From contig CM035362.1 of NCBI GenBank assembly GCA_020137815.1, forward strand, positions 3,286,001-3,350,000: a DNA stretch of 64,000 nucleotides. Reading direction: 5' to 3'. The notes under the pieces were generated by a model that was not told the origin of the DNA, ran no database searches, and saw only the letters and a program-made list of their open reading frames with translations. A program made the translations under genes and the position numbers. Source of the stretch: Hormiphora californensis. Taxonomy: Eukaryota; Animalia; Ctenophora. Below, one piece after another: positions 13,625 through 32,000 of this stretch (within the stretch, counting starts at the first letter, position 1; the number at the start of each line of letters is the position of its first letter).

Positions 13625-14396
13625 AGGGCGCGCACAGACTGTTCATGCGTGATCATGTCCATAAGTGGACAAGATTTTGATCAAGTCACGCAGACTGATC
13701 AAGCTTGATCATCTGATCAAGCTTGGACAGTAAAAACTGAAACTTATTCATATCAAAGCGAAAACCACTGTACCCGACTAATTTTGATACTCTGAATCAC
13801 GTAAGCTAGTTTTCAAATCCGTCAGAGGTCAGGAAAGTGTTCTAATTGGGCATAATTGGGTCTAATTGACCCCACTAAAAACTTGTCACCTGGAAATAAT
13901 AAACGCTTATGTGAGGGCACTTTTCCGACTAATTTTGATACGCTGAATCACATAAACAACTTTTTCACGCCCCCAGAGGTCGGGAAAGTGTCCTAATTGA
14001 GTATAATTGGATCTAATTGGCCTTAATTGCTCAATTAGGGCATTTCCCGACCTCTGGGGGCTTGGAAAAGTTGCTTATGTGATTCAGCGTATCAAAATTA
14101 GTCGGAAAAAGTGCCCTCACGTCATTTCCAGGTGACAAGTTGTAAGTGGGGTCAATTAGACCCAATTATGCCCAATTAGGACACATTCCCAACCTCCGAA
14201 GGATTTGAAAACTAGCTTACGTGATTCAGAGTATCAAAATTAGTCGGGTACAGTGGTTTTCGCTTTGATATGAATAAGTTTCAGTTTTTCCTGTCCAAGC
14301 TTGATCAGATGATCAAGCTTGATCAGTCTGCGTGACTTGATCAAAATCTTGCCCACTTATGGACATGATCACGCATGAACAGTCTGTGCGCGCCCT
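13625..14396. mobile_element. ~770-bp foldback element (near-perfect palindrome, ~380-bp arms)
   Basis: AGGGCGCGCACAGACTGTTCATGCGTGATC... is mirrored by ...GATCACGCATGAACAGTCTGTGCGCGCCCT; centre near 14010-14030. TSD unclear. Confidence 0.85.
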
Positions 14397-15114
14397 ATTT
14401 GGCCCGTCTTCATCTTGAGACGGAAAAGCTGAAGATAAGACGAAAAAAGTTGAATTTTAGTCTGGCTAAATTGCTGATTACCGTTGAATGACAACAGGAC
14501 AATTCTTGACAAGTGGCAACTCTTATTTATTCATTTGGGAGAGAGAGAGAAAAGAATGAATATTAGGACATTTCCTACAGAAATAGACCAATGGCAATAC
14601 CATATACAGTCGGACCCCGATATACCGGGCCCCGATTTACCGGACCCCCTATTTACCGGGAGGATAAACTTCCCCGAATATAGGATTTGAACAGTATTTG
14701 ACCCCGATATACCGGGCAAAACCCTTTCTCCCGAGCATCCCGGTAAATCGGGGTCCGACTGACTCCGTACGTGACAAAAAGTGTGCGATTAAACCTATAA
14801 CATCCTAAAACACAGTTCACATATTTTATCTTTACACAGTAAGACGCCCAAAACAAATAAATTATCTGGTCTCTCAGTTCTCACAGTAGTACATTTGCAT
14901 TACTCCAGTTTTAGTCGATCACAATTCTTCTCACATTATTCTCACATTATTCTCACAAGTCGGGGGTGTTACTTTTGTGATTATCGTATGAGTCTGGTCT
15001 ATACAATAATTGTTGACAAAAGTAGACTCTGCGGGGGCTACCATTTGACTACATTTCCTATTGTCTCACAAAATACTGCCCTCTCCGAACCGGGCATATA
15101 CCATGACATATTTC

Positions 15115-22066
<6,952 letters not shown>

Positions 22067-22765
22067 ATTGATCGTTAGTATCTCGTCTCAGTAGAATGGT
22101 CTTTCTGGCGACATGTGCGGTCCAAGAGATGGGTAATGAAATCGCTATAAAATACGCTTTTATGAACTTTTTTTGAAAACAGGGTTCGTGAATTGGTAAA
22201 AAGTTTAATAAAGTCTTAAAATCTTGGAAAAATTTGGCATACGCTGGAGGCCCCTCTTCAGAGGGGCCTGTAGTTACAGAGTGCGGATGTGTAAAATAAG
22301 ACTTTACAGGTTCCACTGTATGTCCCATTAGTCATATGGGACGGGAGTAATTTTACGACGTTTTCTCCATCGCCCCGAACCTTCTACCTGACTCAGCCCT
22401 GATTCAAAAGTCACTTTCCTGATCCGATGTGGCTACGTTTGTCGTTCATCAGTGATCAGATACGCAGATGCATCGAGTGGATACTCATCCTAAATACCTT
22501 TGTCAGGCACTGACTGTACATCGGTGTACATCGCTACGGCGTACGCAGGCTCGCGTAGCCGTACCGGGCCTTCGGCCTGGTGCGGAGAGGACGGTCTTAT
22601 ATGAGACAAAAATATCTGGGCTGTGGTTGGTATGGCAGGTGGCTCAGTACTATAGTAGTAGCGAAATATTGTCTTTAGTAGCCTTTTTCCGTCATAAAGG
22701 AAGAAGAAAATATGATAAGAGTGAGAGAGATGGAAAGCAAGATAAAAGAAAAAATGAGCAAGAGA

Positions 22766-22862
<97 letters not shown>

Positions 22863-23277
22863 CTATGATGTGCGAATGAATCCTGAAATATGTGATTGAG
22901 TAGTTATCCGCGTACGCCGCCCCATACATGCCAATTGGCCAATTGCAGTTGCTAACTCGACTATAGCCTGCATTTCTTCTTCTCTGTTTTCAACTGTCTG
23001 TTGGCATTCATGGTCATTATATATCAAGTATGCGCTGGCCGCTGGTGTTTGGTTGTGTAAAACCTCAACGATGCTGAGTCACCAAAACTAGTGTTTTTAT
23101 ATGGATTCACCAATTTATCAGTTCATTTCATGTTCATCTCTTGGAAGAGGGATTAGGATAATTGGGGCCTCAGCGTTTCGGTCGAGATCATCAAATGGCC
23201 TAATTTGGCCCTAATCACTTTTTCAAGACATACAGTTCATCTTAAATTCTTAACTCTTCCTTTGTGGTCTAGGTGAA

Positions 23278-24393
23278 ATGTGGAGGTCTGCGGTTTTGTT
23301 AGTGTTAGCTGTTCTAGGGGCGACGGTTGAGAGCTCTGACTGCCTCTGTAAGTAAAATGTGTATATTACACTTTTATTATGACGTAAACTATTGTGTAGT
23401 TACAGCCAATTTACTAGACCGCACCGTTTTCTTTCTCTATCAGTGGTCAATCCACGTCGGATTATGTCGGATGACCAGTGGTCATCCGACGTGAGATTCG
23501 ACGACTCGACGAGGAATTCTACCAGATCAGAGAGACACGCCGCACTAATTAAATGCGGTCGCGCTTCAATTCTTCTCTCTCGTTAGTCTTTACGTCTCTC
23601 TCACTACGAATGCACGGCGCATCCCACGTCGAATTTCTCGTCGAATTTTACGTCGAGATATGGCAATTATGTCAGATGACCACTGTATTGATGTCTTTAT
23701 ACTGAGCTTGTTACACTTGCTTTGCTTCGACACCCCACAAGGGCAAATGTTGTCAAGTCATTTTTCATAAAAGTCTTCCATGATGACATTTAATCGTGTA
23801 GTACAATCAAATTATAATGAAAAGGTCAAAGTTGAATTTTTCAGCCAAACAAGATCATTTGGACCAATGCCCACGTTATGACCATACCGATCAAATATGC
23901 GGTATTTGTCCACAGGAAACAGCTACCCTCGAATGTCCCAAAAGTGTAAGTGTAAAACATGTGTGGTACCGTTGGTGAATAAGTAATCCAGTTGATTAGC
24001 CAACAACTATTAGTGACACAGGCCAGGGATCAGTAAATTATATCTCCGTGGACGAGGAACACAGTGTTCAAGTCAATTTGATTTAGTATCATTATCCATA
24101 TCGTTGTGTATCTCGTTAATTGAATTCTATTTCAGCATCCCTTCCGTAAGGAGGGTCTGGTATCGAAACTGTGGGGGTAACCGGGATATACCTTTCGGTA
24201 AGTGTATCCCACTGTTTGAAGAACCAGGCTTTTAGGTCTAGAGAGTTGTAATTAATTAACTAATTACTAATTCAATTAATTACTAGGTATCGATTGTGTC
24301 GCGGATGTGAAAGATCAACTATGTAACCAGAGTGGTACTAGACTTAAACTGGTGAGGAAAACAGGACAAGCCGCTGCTATGATCACCACTTAA
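23278..24393 (+). CDS. Small secreted cysteine-rich orphan protein, 112 aa, 8 Cys
   Basis: Exons 23278-23347, 23845-23945, 24136-24197, 24287-24393 give MWRSAVLLVLAVLGATVESSDCLSKQDHLDQCPRYDHTDQICGICPQETATLECPKSHPFRRRVWYRNCGGNRDIPFGIDCVADVKDQLCNQSGTRLKLVRKTGQAAAMITT, requiring one extra base at 24147-8. Confidence 0.7.
23441..23685. mobile_element. MITE with CAGTGGTCA...TGACCACTG termini
   Basis: Inverted termini and an internal mirrored CGACGTGAGATTCGAC/GTCGAATTTTACGTCG. Confidence 0.65.
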
Positions 24394-24992
24394 AACCCCA
24401 CGTGGAAAGGAGCCAACTAGTAGATTCGATTAGCACACATGATTCTCGTGATCTTTTCAGGTTTTTCTTAGTTTCAATGTTGAATAATTCACAATTATTA
24501 TTATGAAGATCATGGACTCGTTTATGTAAGGAACTTTATACACTTTTGTTTTTTACTTTTTCTCCCCAATAAATCATTATCACTACCAATTGATAAACTT
24601 TTCGAAATACATAGTTGTTTGAATCGCGTTCAAGCTAAATCTCTTTGTTTGAAAATCCTCCAAAATCCAAATGAAACCACAGAGGGACTGCTTCGGATTG
24701 GAAGGGAAACTGATCAGGACAGCGAGTAATGGGCCATAGCACTGCATAGATCGACTATCGAGTACTCAACCACACTGGTTGAGTCAACCAGGTGGTGAAT
24801 TCATAGATGGATCCATGGGTAAATATGGATAATATTATATCCTACATTCTCAACAAAGCAATCAGCCTAAGTAAAATCGTCTTAGTCGAACGTTTGTCGA
24901 ACTTATTAATGACAAAAAGTGAGAAATTGAAGATAAAAAGTGGTGTTCGCTTTTTTATGAATGTGAGAATGTCAACTTCCTTCTGGTAGAGA

Positions 24993-25077
<85 letters not shown>

Positions 25078-26052
25078 AGAAAGAGAGAGACAGAGAGTGT
25101 GTGCCTGCTAATTTTGCTGAGAAGCTACTACGGGTGCCGCAGTACATATAATTGATCAAAACTAATTTCTTCACTACCGTTCCATGCCACGTAGTTTTTA
25201 TATATCTCTCTCTATACACTCCCTCTCCTGCATTCTTTTGTGTATTATGTATGTTGAAATTAAATTTTATCAGAGTCTATTCCGTGGTTTTTTTATTCTC
25301 ATCCGCAATTATATCCCTCTTACCAAAATATATTTCTTTTTTGTCTATCTTCCTTTCCTCCTATACCTCTCTCACTCTCCCTCCATCTCCTACCCTACCT
25401 ACTACATCTCCCACCGTACCTTTTACATTTTCCTAGTTTGTGTTGTTTTCGAAGCTTAACTCGATTTTCATGCAACAATTGTCTTAGCTACTGCTGCACA
25501 ACGACCTGTACTTGTACCTGCACTGCGACTCGCTATATTGTCATGTTATATATTGTGACATTTCAGAATTGTGTATAAAATTTAAATTGTAAGTATGTAT
25601 ATATCTTTAAATGCCAAAGATGCTGCAGGTTTAATAATGATATGAACAAGACTCTGATTGCTAGACCGGCTTTCTGCAGCAGCAAGCAATTTGAGCTTTC
25701 CGACAAAAATCTATGTGGGAAATTTACATGGTGCTCTGATCAGCCATGAATTTACAAGAAGAGATTTTTAGTACGCGAAACTTTTCTGTTCTCCAAAGGT
25801 AATGCTGCTGTTATCACTGCGCTGGCAAGCGCAAAGGTGACCATCCCCTCCCCCAGCCATGCCTGACCTCTTATATAAACTGACCACTCTCAATTATTTA
25901 AAAGTTTTTCATTGCATTAAAAATTTGAATTGGATAAGAAAAATTAAAATTAGCCCGTGCAGGGCCACTACTCAGTAACTGCCCAGCAGCGTGCCATGCT
26001 AAAAGATTATTGTTTTTCCAATGTCCATGTCCTGTACCTACCATGCAGATCT

Positions 26053-28356
26053 CTAAACAGCAGCCGGGTTCTTAGTGACAGTGCCAGCATCATCTCCTGT
26101 ACCATCTCTCCTCAGCTTGAACCTCAGCCGCCGTACTGAGAGTAGGCACCTTGGCCGTGTCAGGCAAGTCGGAAGAGAATCAGCCCGGCAGATCCCGATA
26201 GAACAGCAAATATGATCAGAGCTCCAGTGTTGCTCCAGCTGAACTAGTAGGGGTGCCTGAGGTCCCATGAAGGCGCCAATCCTAGCGGCAAAGGAGCAAT
26301 TTCCCAGAATCTTCCCTCGATGGGATGTGGGTGCCAGCTCCATTGTGTAGAGGTAGATGGAGCCGAGGCCAGCTGCTATGGCCATGGATCCAATAAGACA
26401 GCCCAGTTGGGTAAGAGTGAACTCTGGACCGAGATTCACATTCGCCATAGCAACCAGGAAGGATGCAGCACCGGTAAAGAAGAAGCACATGTTGGACCAC
26501 TTCCTACCCATCTTGTCGAGCATGGGTACCATAAGAATGTAAGCGATCACCTCGCCAACCGCCGCCATTAGGTACCCCATGTACATGTCCGAGCTAAGGC
26601 TGCTCCAGCTAAAACCGAACCCGTAGTACACGAACCCACTAACAATCCACAGCCACATTTGGCAGAGAGTTTGTATTGTCAATTCCTTGTACAACCAGAA
26701 ATCCTTGAGGGACTGGATGAAGGTTGGTTGTTCCTCGGGGATCTGCTCTCGGTCCGTTAACTCCAAATCAATAGCGTCAAGAGAGGAGTTGTTCAGCTTA
26801 GCCAGCCACTTGAGGTTCTCCGTCGCTCTCTTCGCGTTGTCCTTGCCCACCAGAAGGAACCGGGCTGACTCGGGGATGAGGACCAGGGGAATGACAGGAA
26901 TGATTGACGCGAACCCGGTAATGGCGGAGTTCCATCTCCAGCTGTAAACAGTGTACCCGAGAAGACTGGTTAGGAGATACCCAACAGCCCACATCATTTG
27001 GATACCGCTATTCCCCAGACTCCTCCACTTACCGGCAGTGTACTCTAACAATAACACATACATGCCTGTGAAGCCTACATAGACACCGACACCCTGGAGG
27101 AACCTGCAGACAAACAGGAATATCACGTTTGGGGAGGCGGACACCGCGAACGTTGCTACGGTTACGATAGCGTAGCCAATGAGTGATCCAAACTTCCGGC
27201 CGATCAAATCGTACAGGGTGCCCCCTCCAATAGTCCCCAGAAACGCCCCACCAAAGAAGATGGACCCGATTGCCGCCTTCAACCACTCCCTATCACACAA
27301 CAAATCCCATTCCTGTGTGAAGTAACTTCTACCCTGGAGATCCCAGATAAAATCTGCTCCATCCTGGAGTTTTCCTTGCTTCACATCACTCTTCACCACC
27401 CCACACATCGTGTCCTTGTTATACTGCGCCTTGTCTGGGCAGTGCACCTTGTACCCTGTCCCCTGGACAAACTCGACGAACCTGATATTAGCGGTGGAGT
27501 TCTCCAGGGCAACGACTGCTTCTCCACCCTCATCCAGATCAAAACTGGTTGTCGTGTTGACCGTGTTGTGGCAGATCAGGATGTTGTTGTCTCTCCGTGG
27601 TGTGGGGAACTCTAATCTGCAGTCTGTGACAGAGTCCTCTAAATCCACCGTTACTGTACACTTCTTCCCTGTGCAATCGCTGCCACTGGAGATGGTGAGA
27701 GCTCCTTCCTTGGTAGTCAGTTCCCCCAGCAGGGCCTTACCCTCCACATCTAACAGTGCCATCTTGTAATCACGCGTAGCTGGCTCAGCTAGCACCACGG
27801 AGCAGTAGCTATCCAAATAGAAGGTATCTCCCGGGTTCCCTGATCCAGTTATTGCCGTGTCAGTGAAGTTTTCCAGGCGGCTGAAGCACTCCTCGCTCTC
27901 CCAGGAGCACCGCCACATCGTGTAGGGCAGGTAACCACCAAAGTTGGGGAAATATGCCACCAACGCACACACCTGTAGGAGGATATTGAAGTTGGTTACG
28001 AAGTCACCCACTCGCACGGAGGGATTGGATTCAGGGTGTTTGATCAATAATCAATTAAGGTTACTTTTTATGGGGTTCAGGCTTGTATATTCCCTACTGA
28101 AAGATAATAGCTACACTTTTACCAGGAACCGACCGACACAAGTAAACAACCATTCAGAACTCGTTATTTAGGTCACGTGACTGGTTATCAGCCAATAAGG
28201 GACCAGTATTTCCTGATTCGGTCGGTTCCTGACTTTTACTTTAAGTTAGCATACCGACATAAAGGACATGACCAACAGCCATAGGATGACATAAGAAGGG
28301 GACGGTTTTCCTGCTATGGAGTCCACGACCTCCTCTGTCGTCTGTTGACGGGCCAT
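26053..28356 (-). CDS. SLC22-family (organic cation transporter-like) MFS transporter
   Basis: Exon 28356-28255 (TM1) plus a large exon 27972-26053. Motifs EWDLLCDR, DLIGRK, PESARFL, DKMGRK, ELAPTSHRG. Extra bases at ~26244 and ~26165 hide TM12 and LPDT..ST..EV. Confidence 0.92.
28123..28231. mobile_element. 109-bp hAT-type MITE (TIR CAGGAACCGACCGA, 8-bp TSD); copies at 46729-46837, 48482-48590, 49979-50087, partial 40076-40140
   Basis: TSDs ACTTTTAC, ACAGAATA, ATATAGAT (perfect) and AAGCACAG/AAGCACCG. The full copies are the same length and near-identical, so the family is recently active. Confidence 0.95.
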
Positions 28357-29039
28357 GTCTCAGCTCTGATTCTGTACTAGGCAGCTTATTATAGGACTGA
28401 TCTGTTGTAAAACCAATTGTGTTTGCAGAAACGATCAAAAAACAAAATGCAATGGCCTTGCAGGAGATTTAGGAAAGGAAAAGCCTCCTCGTTGAATAAA
28501 TTATTAATTATAGCACATTAATAAGAAACATACTACCTATAATAGTATAGAGTTACCTGGCTGGCTTCTTCTTCTCTACCTAGCAGGTATTAATTATGGT
28601 GCCTAGTGGGCAGTGGTACTCTTTTATCTCATTCCTTCTGTCTCTCTGTTCCTCAGAACCTATCATTGTGCCTCTTAATATCCAGGAGCATTTAGCATTA
28701 TAATAATGACTCAACTCAAAGATGATAAAAATGAATGAGTAAGAACAAAATGAGCCACCTTTCCGGCGAACTAATTTCAATTAGTTTTTGCTCTAAATAG
28801 TGTATCAATTAGTTTTGAATGTAGCAATGAATATTTTATTGGGGGGGGGGTCACAATATATTTCTTTGGCCATGAAATAGTTTTCTGTTTCACTCCTGAA
28901 TTATTTGCCTGTGATTGATTTGCAAAATTTACTCAAAGTGTCCTCAAAAAGCTCTCAAAATGTCCTAAATGTGTCGTCAAACGTTCCGTAGACAGTTTGT
29001 CATACTCCCGACAGTTTGTCATTTTAACCATAATTCCAG

Positions 29040-32000
29040 GTTCAGAAGCGAGGCGAAGTTGTGTGACGTGACTCTGAGGTGTACAGATCAGCAAATACCA
29101 TGTCACAGCGTTGTACTCGCATCACAGAGCCATTATTTTCACCGAGTCCTTACGGAAACAGATAAACCAATCACGTGAGTCCGTATAGAAATGATTCATT
29201 TTGATTGGTTGAACTTTTCTGCTTTGAATGTGATAAGTATAGCCAGACTGAAGACACAGGGCCTATTACCAGTATCGTTATTCCTTTGCAAAATTCTTTG
29301 ACGTATGGTCCAGATGATGTCTGGTTACCATGGTAACAAAACATTAAATCTCCAGGGAGGTCCAGATGCCTGGTGAGTTTCGGAGTTATATCGTTGAACT
29401 GGTGGTAGGATTCCTCTACTCTGGCTCCCTGATTCTAGATCAGCAGAACTACCTTGAAGTCCTTCAACTTCACGGTCTCCTTGATATCGTGGATTTTGAT
29501 GGTGTCATTTACAGGTGAATTAATTATTAATCAAACTTCATGTTTTCCTCATAATTGGTGTATCCTGCAGTAACTTGACTGTTTGCGTTCCCCGTTTCAG
29601 GTCGCTCCGAAAGTGGATAGTCCCTTCCAACATTGCCCACTTTATCACCGCATACCAGTACCTCCGGAAACTTCCCAAACTCAGGGAATTCTTTGATCAC
29701 GTCTTCCTACACTCTTTCTCGGAGATTAAAGACGATTTGTTGGGTATGTGCCTGATGTTTTTTAATAGCTGTAGACGACATTTTTAGGGTTGTTCCAGTT
29801 CATTCTAAGAGAATATATTAGCGAGCCATGGCGAAAAACCTGTGAAGTATACGATTTGATTTGATAAGAGCGGTTGCTATGGGCGTGAACAGGTGAACTT
29901 CCTTTAGGGGACCTTATAATGCACGAGGGCCAATCACTTAGTGATACCAGCACTTTCCATTTACCTGTACCTGCACTGACCGTTGTGAAGGGTTTGATTT
30001 CACATTTCACATGCTTGCAGGAGTTGGGGCAGAGCTGCTGACCGTGATAAGCTTACTGGGACGTCCCGAGTTGAATATTCAGAGTGAAAGTGAAGTTCAC
30101 AGCTTTCTAACAAAGTGGATGTATCTTAACCAGTACCAGGTAGGGAGAGAATATAATATGGTTACCATGGTTACCAGAAACATAATGGGAGAGGGTTACT
30201 AGGAGGCGTGCATGTGAAAGTTGCCATGGTAACCAAGCGTCCAATTCTGTAGTTGACACAGCAAGACATAACGGAAGTACTGAAGTTGATTTGGTGGAAT
30301 GATCTTGATCTAACTTATCTCTCCACCACGTACTTCTTGGATTCTGCTCCTCTAAAGGTACAATGTGTGTTACTAAGTAGATCCAACTTTGCCTAGCTCG
30401 ACTTTGTTTTGCGCGTTAGAACATAACAAATCCAACTCATATGGTCGTGTTTCATATTGATTGGTCGTTTGACCAAAAATTTTCAGAAGAGAATTGCGAA
30501 TCAACCAAAAGGCTTGGCTGGTTACTCATATACTGCAATAAGTGCATAATACTTTGAACTATACTTTAGTGAAGAAACGGTTACTCTTATTCAACGGCTT
30601 TCAGAGATATAGGCTAAAACATCAGTGCGGTTCAAAGTTGCGGCACAGGCCTCTCATAGTTTGCTAGTTGTGATTAAACTTTTGAAATTTCAGGAATAAT
30701 TAGAAATAATTTTTCGTCAAAGGATTAGCTAGGTTTTGAGAAAAATTTACTCATATTGTGCGGCATACAGCTATTTTCTACCGAAAATCTTACTCCTAAG
30801 GTGTAAAATGAGTAAATTGATGTTTAAGTTTTTGCACATATCTCCTTTGAACAATTATGAGTATGATAAGGCGATAACTGGTACTCTCAGTTACTCATAT
30901 TGTGCGGTACGAGACCTGAAAATATGGTTGATTTAAACCGACAGTCAATAGAGCCGCAATTTTTGAGTAAACAGATTGTAAACATGGTAGATACATTAGA
31001 TATTGGCCATATGAACTGTATCCAACCTCTTTCAGATCTGTTTACTCATTTAGTGCGGTGCTATAGCAGGTTAAAGTTTTGTGCTATTTTTAGCCCCACC
31101 GCACAATTTGAGTAAAATTTTGTAGTTTTCTTTAGCTAATATGGTTGTTCACTTTATTTGCAACATTTTAGTATCACTTTACTCATAAATCGGAACCAAA
31201 GAGGGGTGTTAAATGCAATTCCAAAAATTCCAAAAATTCAACCACCATTTACACCGCACAATATGAGTAATTCGCTTACTCCTAGCTATGGATAAGAAAT
31301 ATGTAACATTTTTCTGTATTTTACACAGAAAATTGTGACAATATTTTTTACTCTGATTGATTGGTGCCAGCTTTAGCAAAGTTGGTCCCCAGAGCCGCAA
31401 TTTATGAGTAAATCCAATTTAAAGTACATAAAAGTGATCAAAAGACACTTTTACTACTAGGGTTGGAATATCAACTGATTTTTACTAGATTAAGTGCCGC
31501 ATTTTTGAGTAAACGTAACATTTGCTCATTTTTGAAAATTTTTAACGACCAATCAATATGAAACACGACCATATACCCATCAATAAACTGTGTTTTGGGT
31601 TATACTAGACCCATCAACATTCATATTGCCTCATAATTTTATTCCAATTAAAAACCTGAATCTGATTATTAAAAAAAAGAACTCTTTTTGTATAGGAGAA
31701 CCAGGCAGAGCAACTTTTGGCTGCGATCAAACTGAAAACGAGGAGTACGGAGGAAACAGTTGAAAAAACGGTAAATATTTGTTCAGTTTGGTTGATTTTG
31801 AGGTACGTTATAAACGAACCAATCAGATGCATGCACCACAAAATCACCATAATTAACCAAATTGGAGTCCGAAATCTCCAAACCACATTCAAATGTCCAA
31901 ACTACCCCCCTATCCTAGGGTGACCCACCGTCCAGATCTGGTCAGTATAAGAGGGCTATATTCTCTATTGCGAGCTACGAGGAAACTCACCAGTGGTTAC

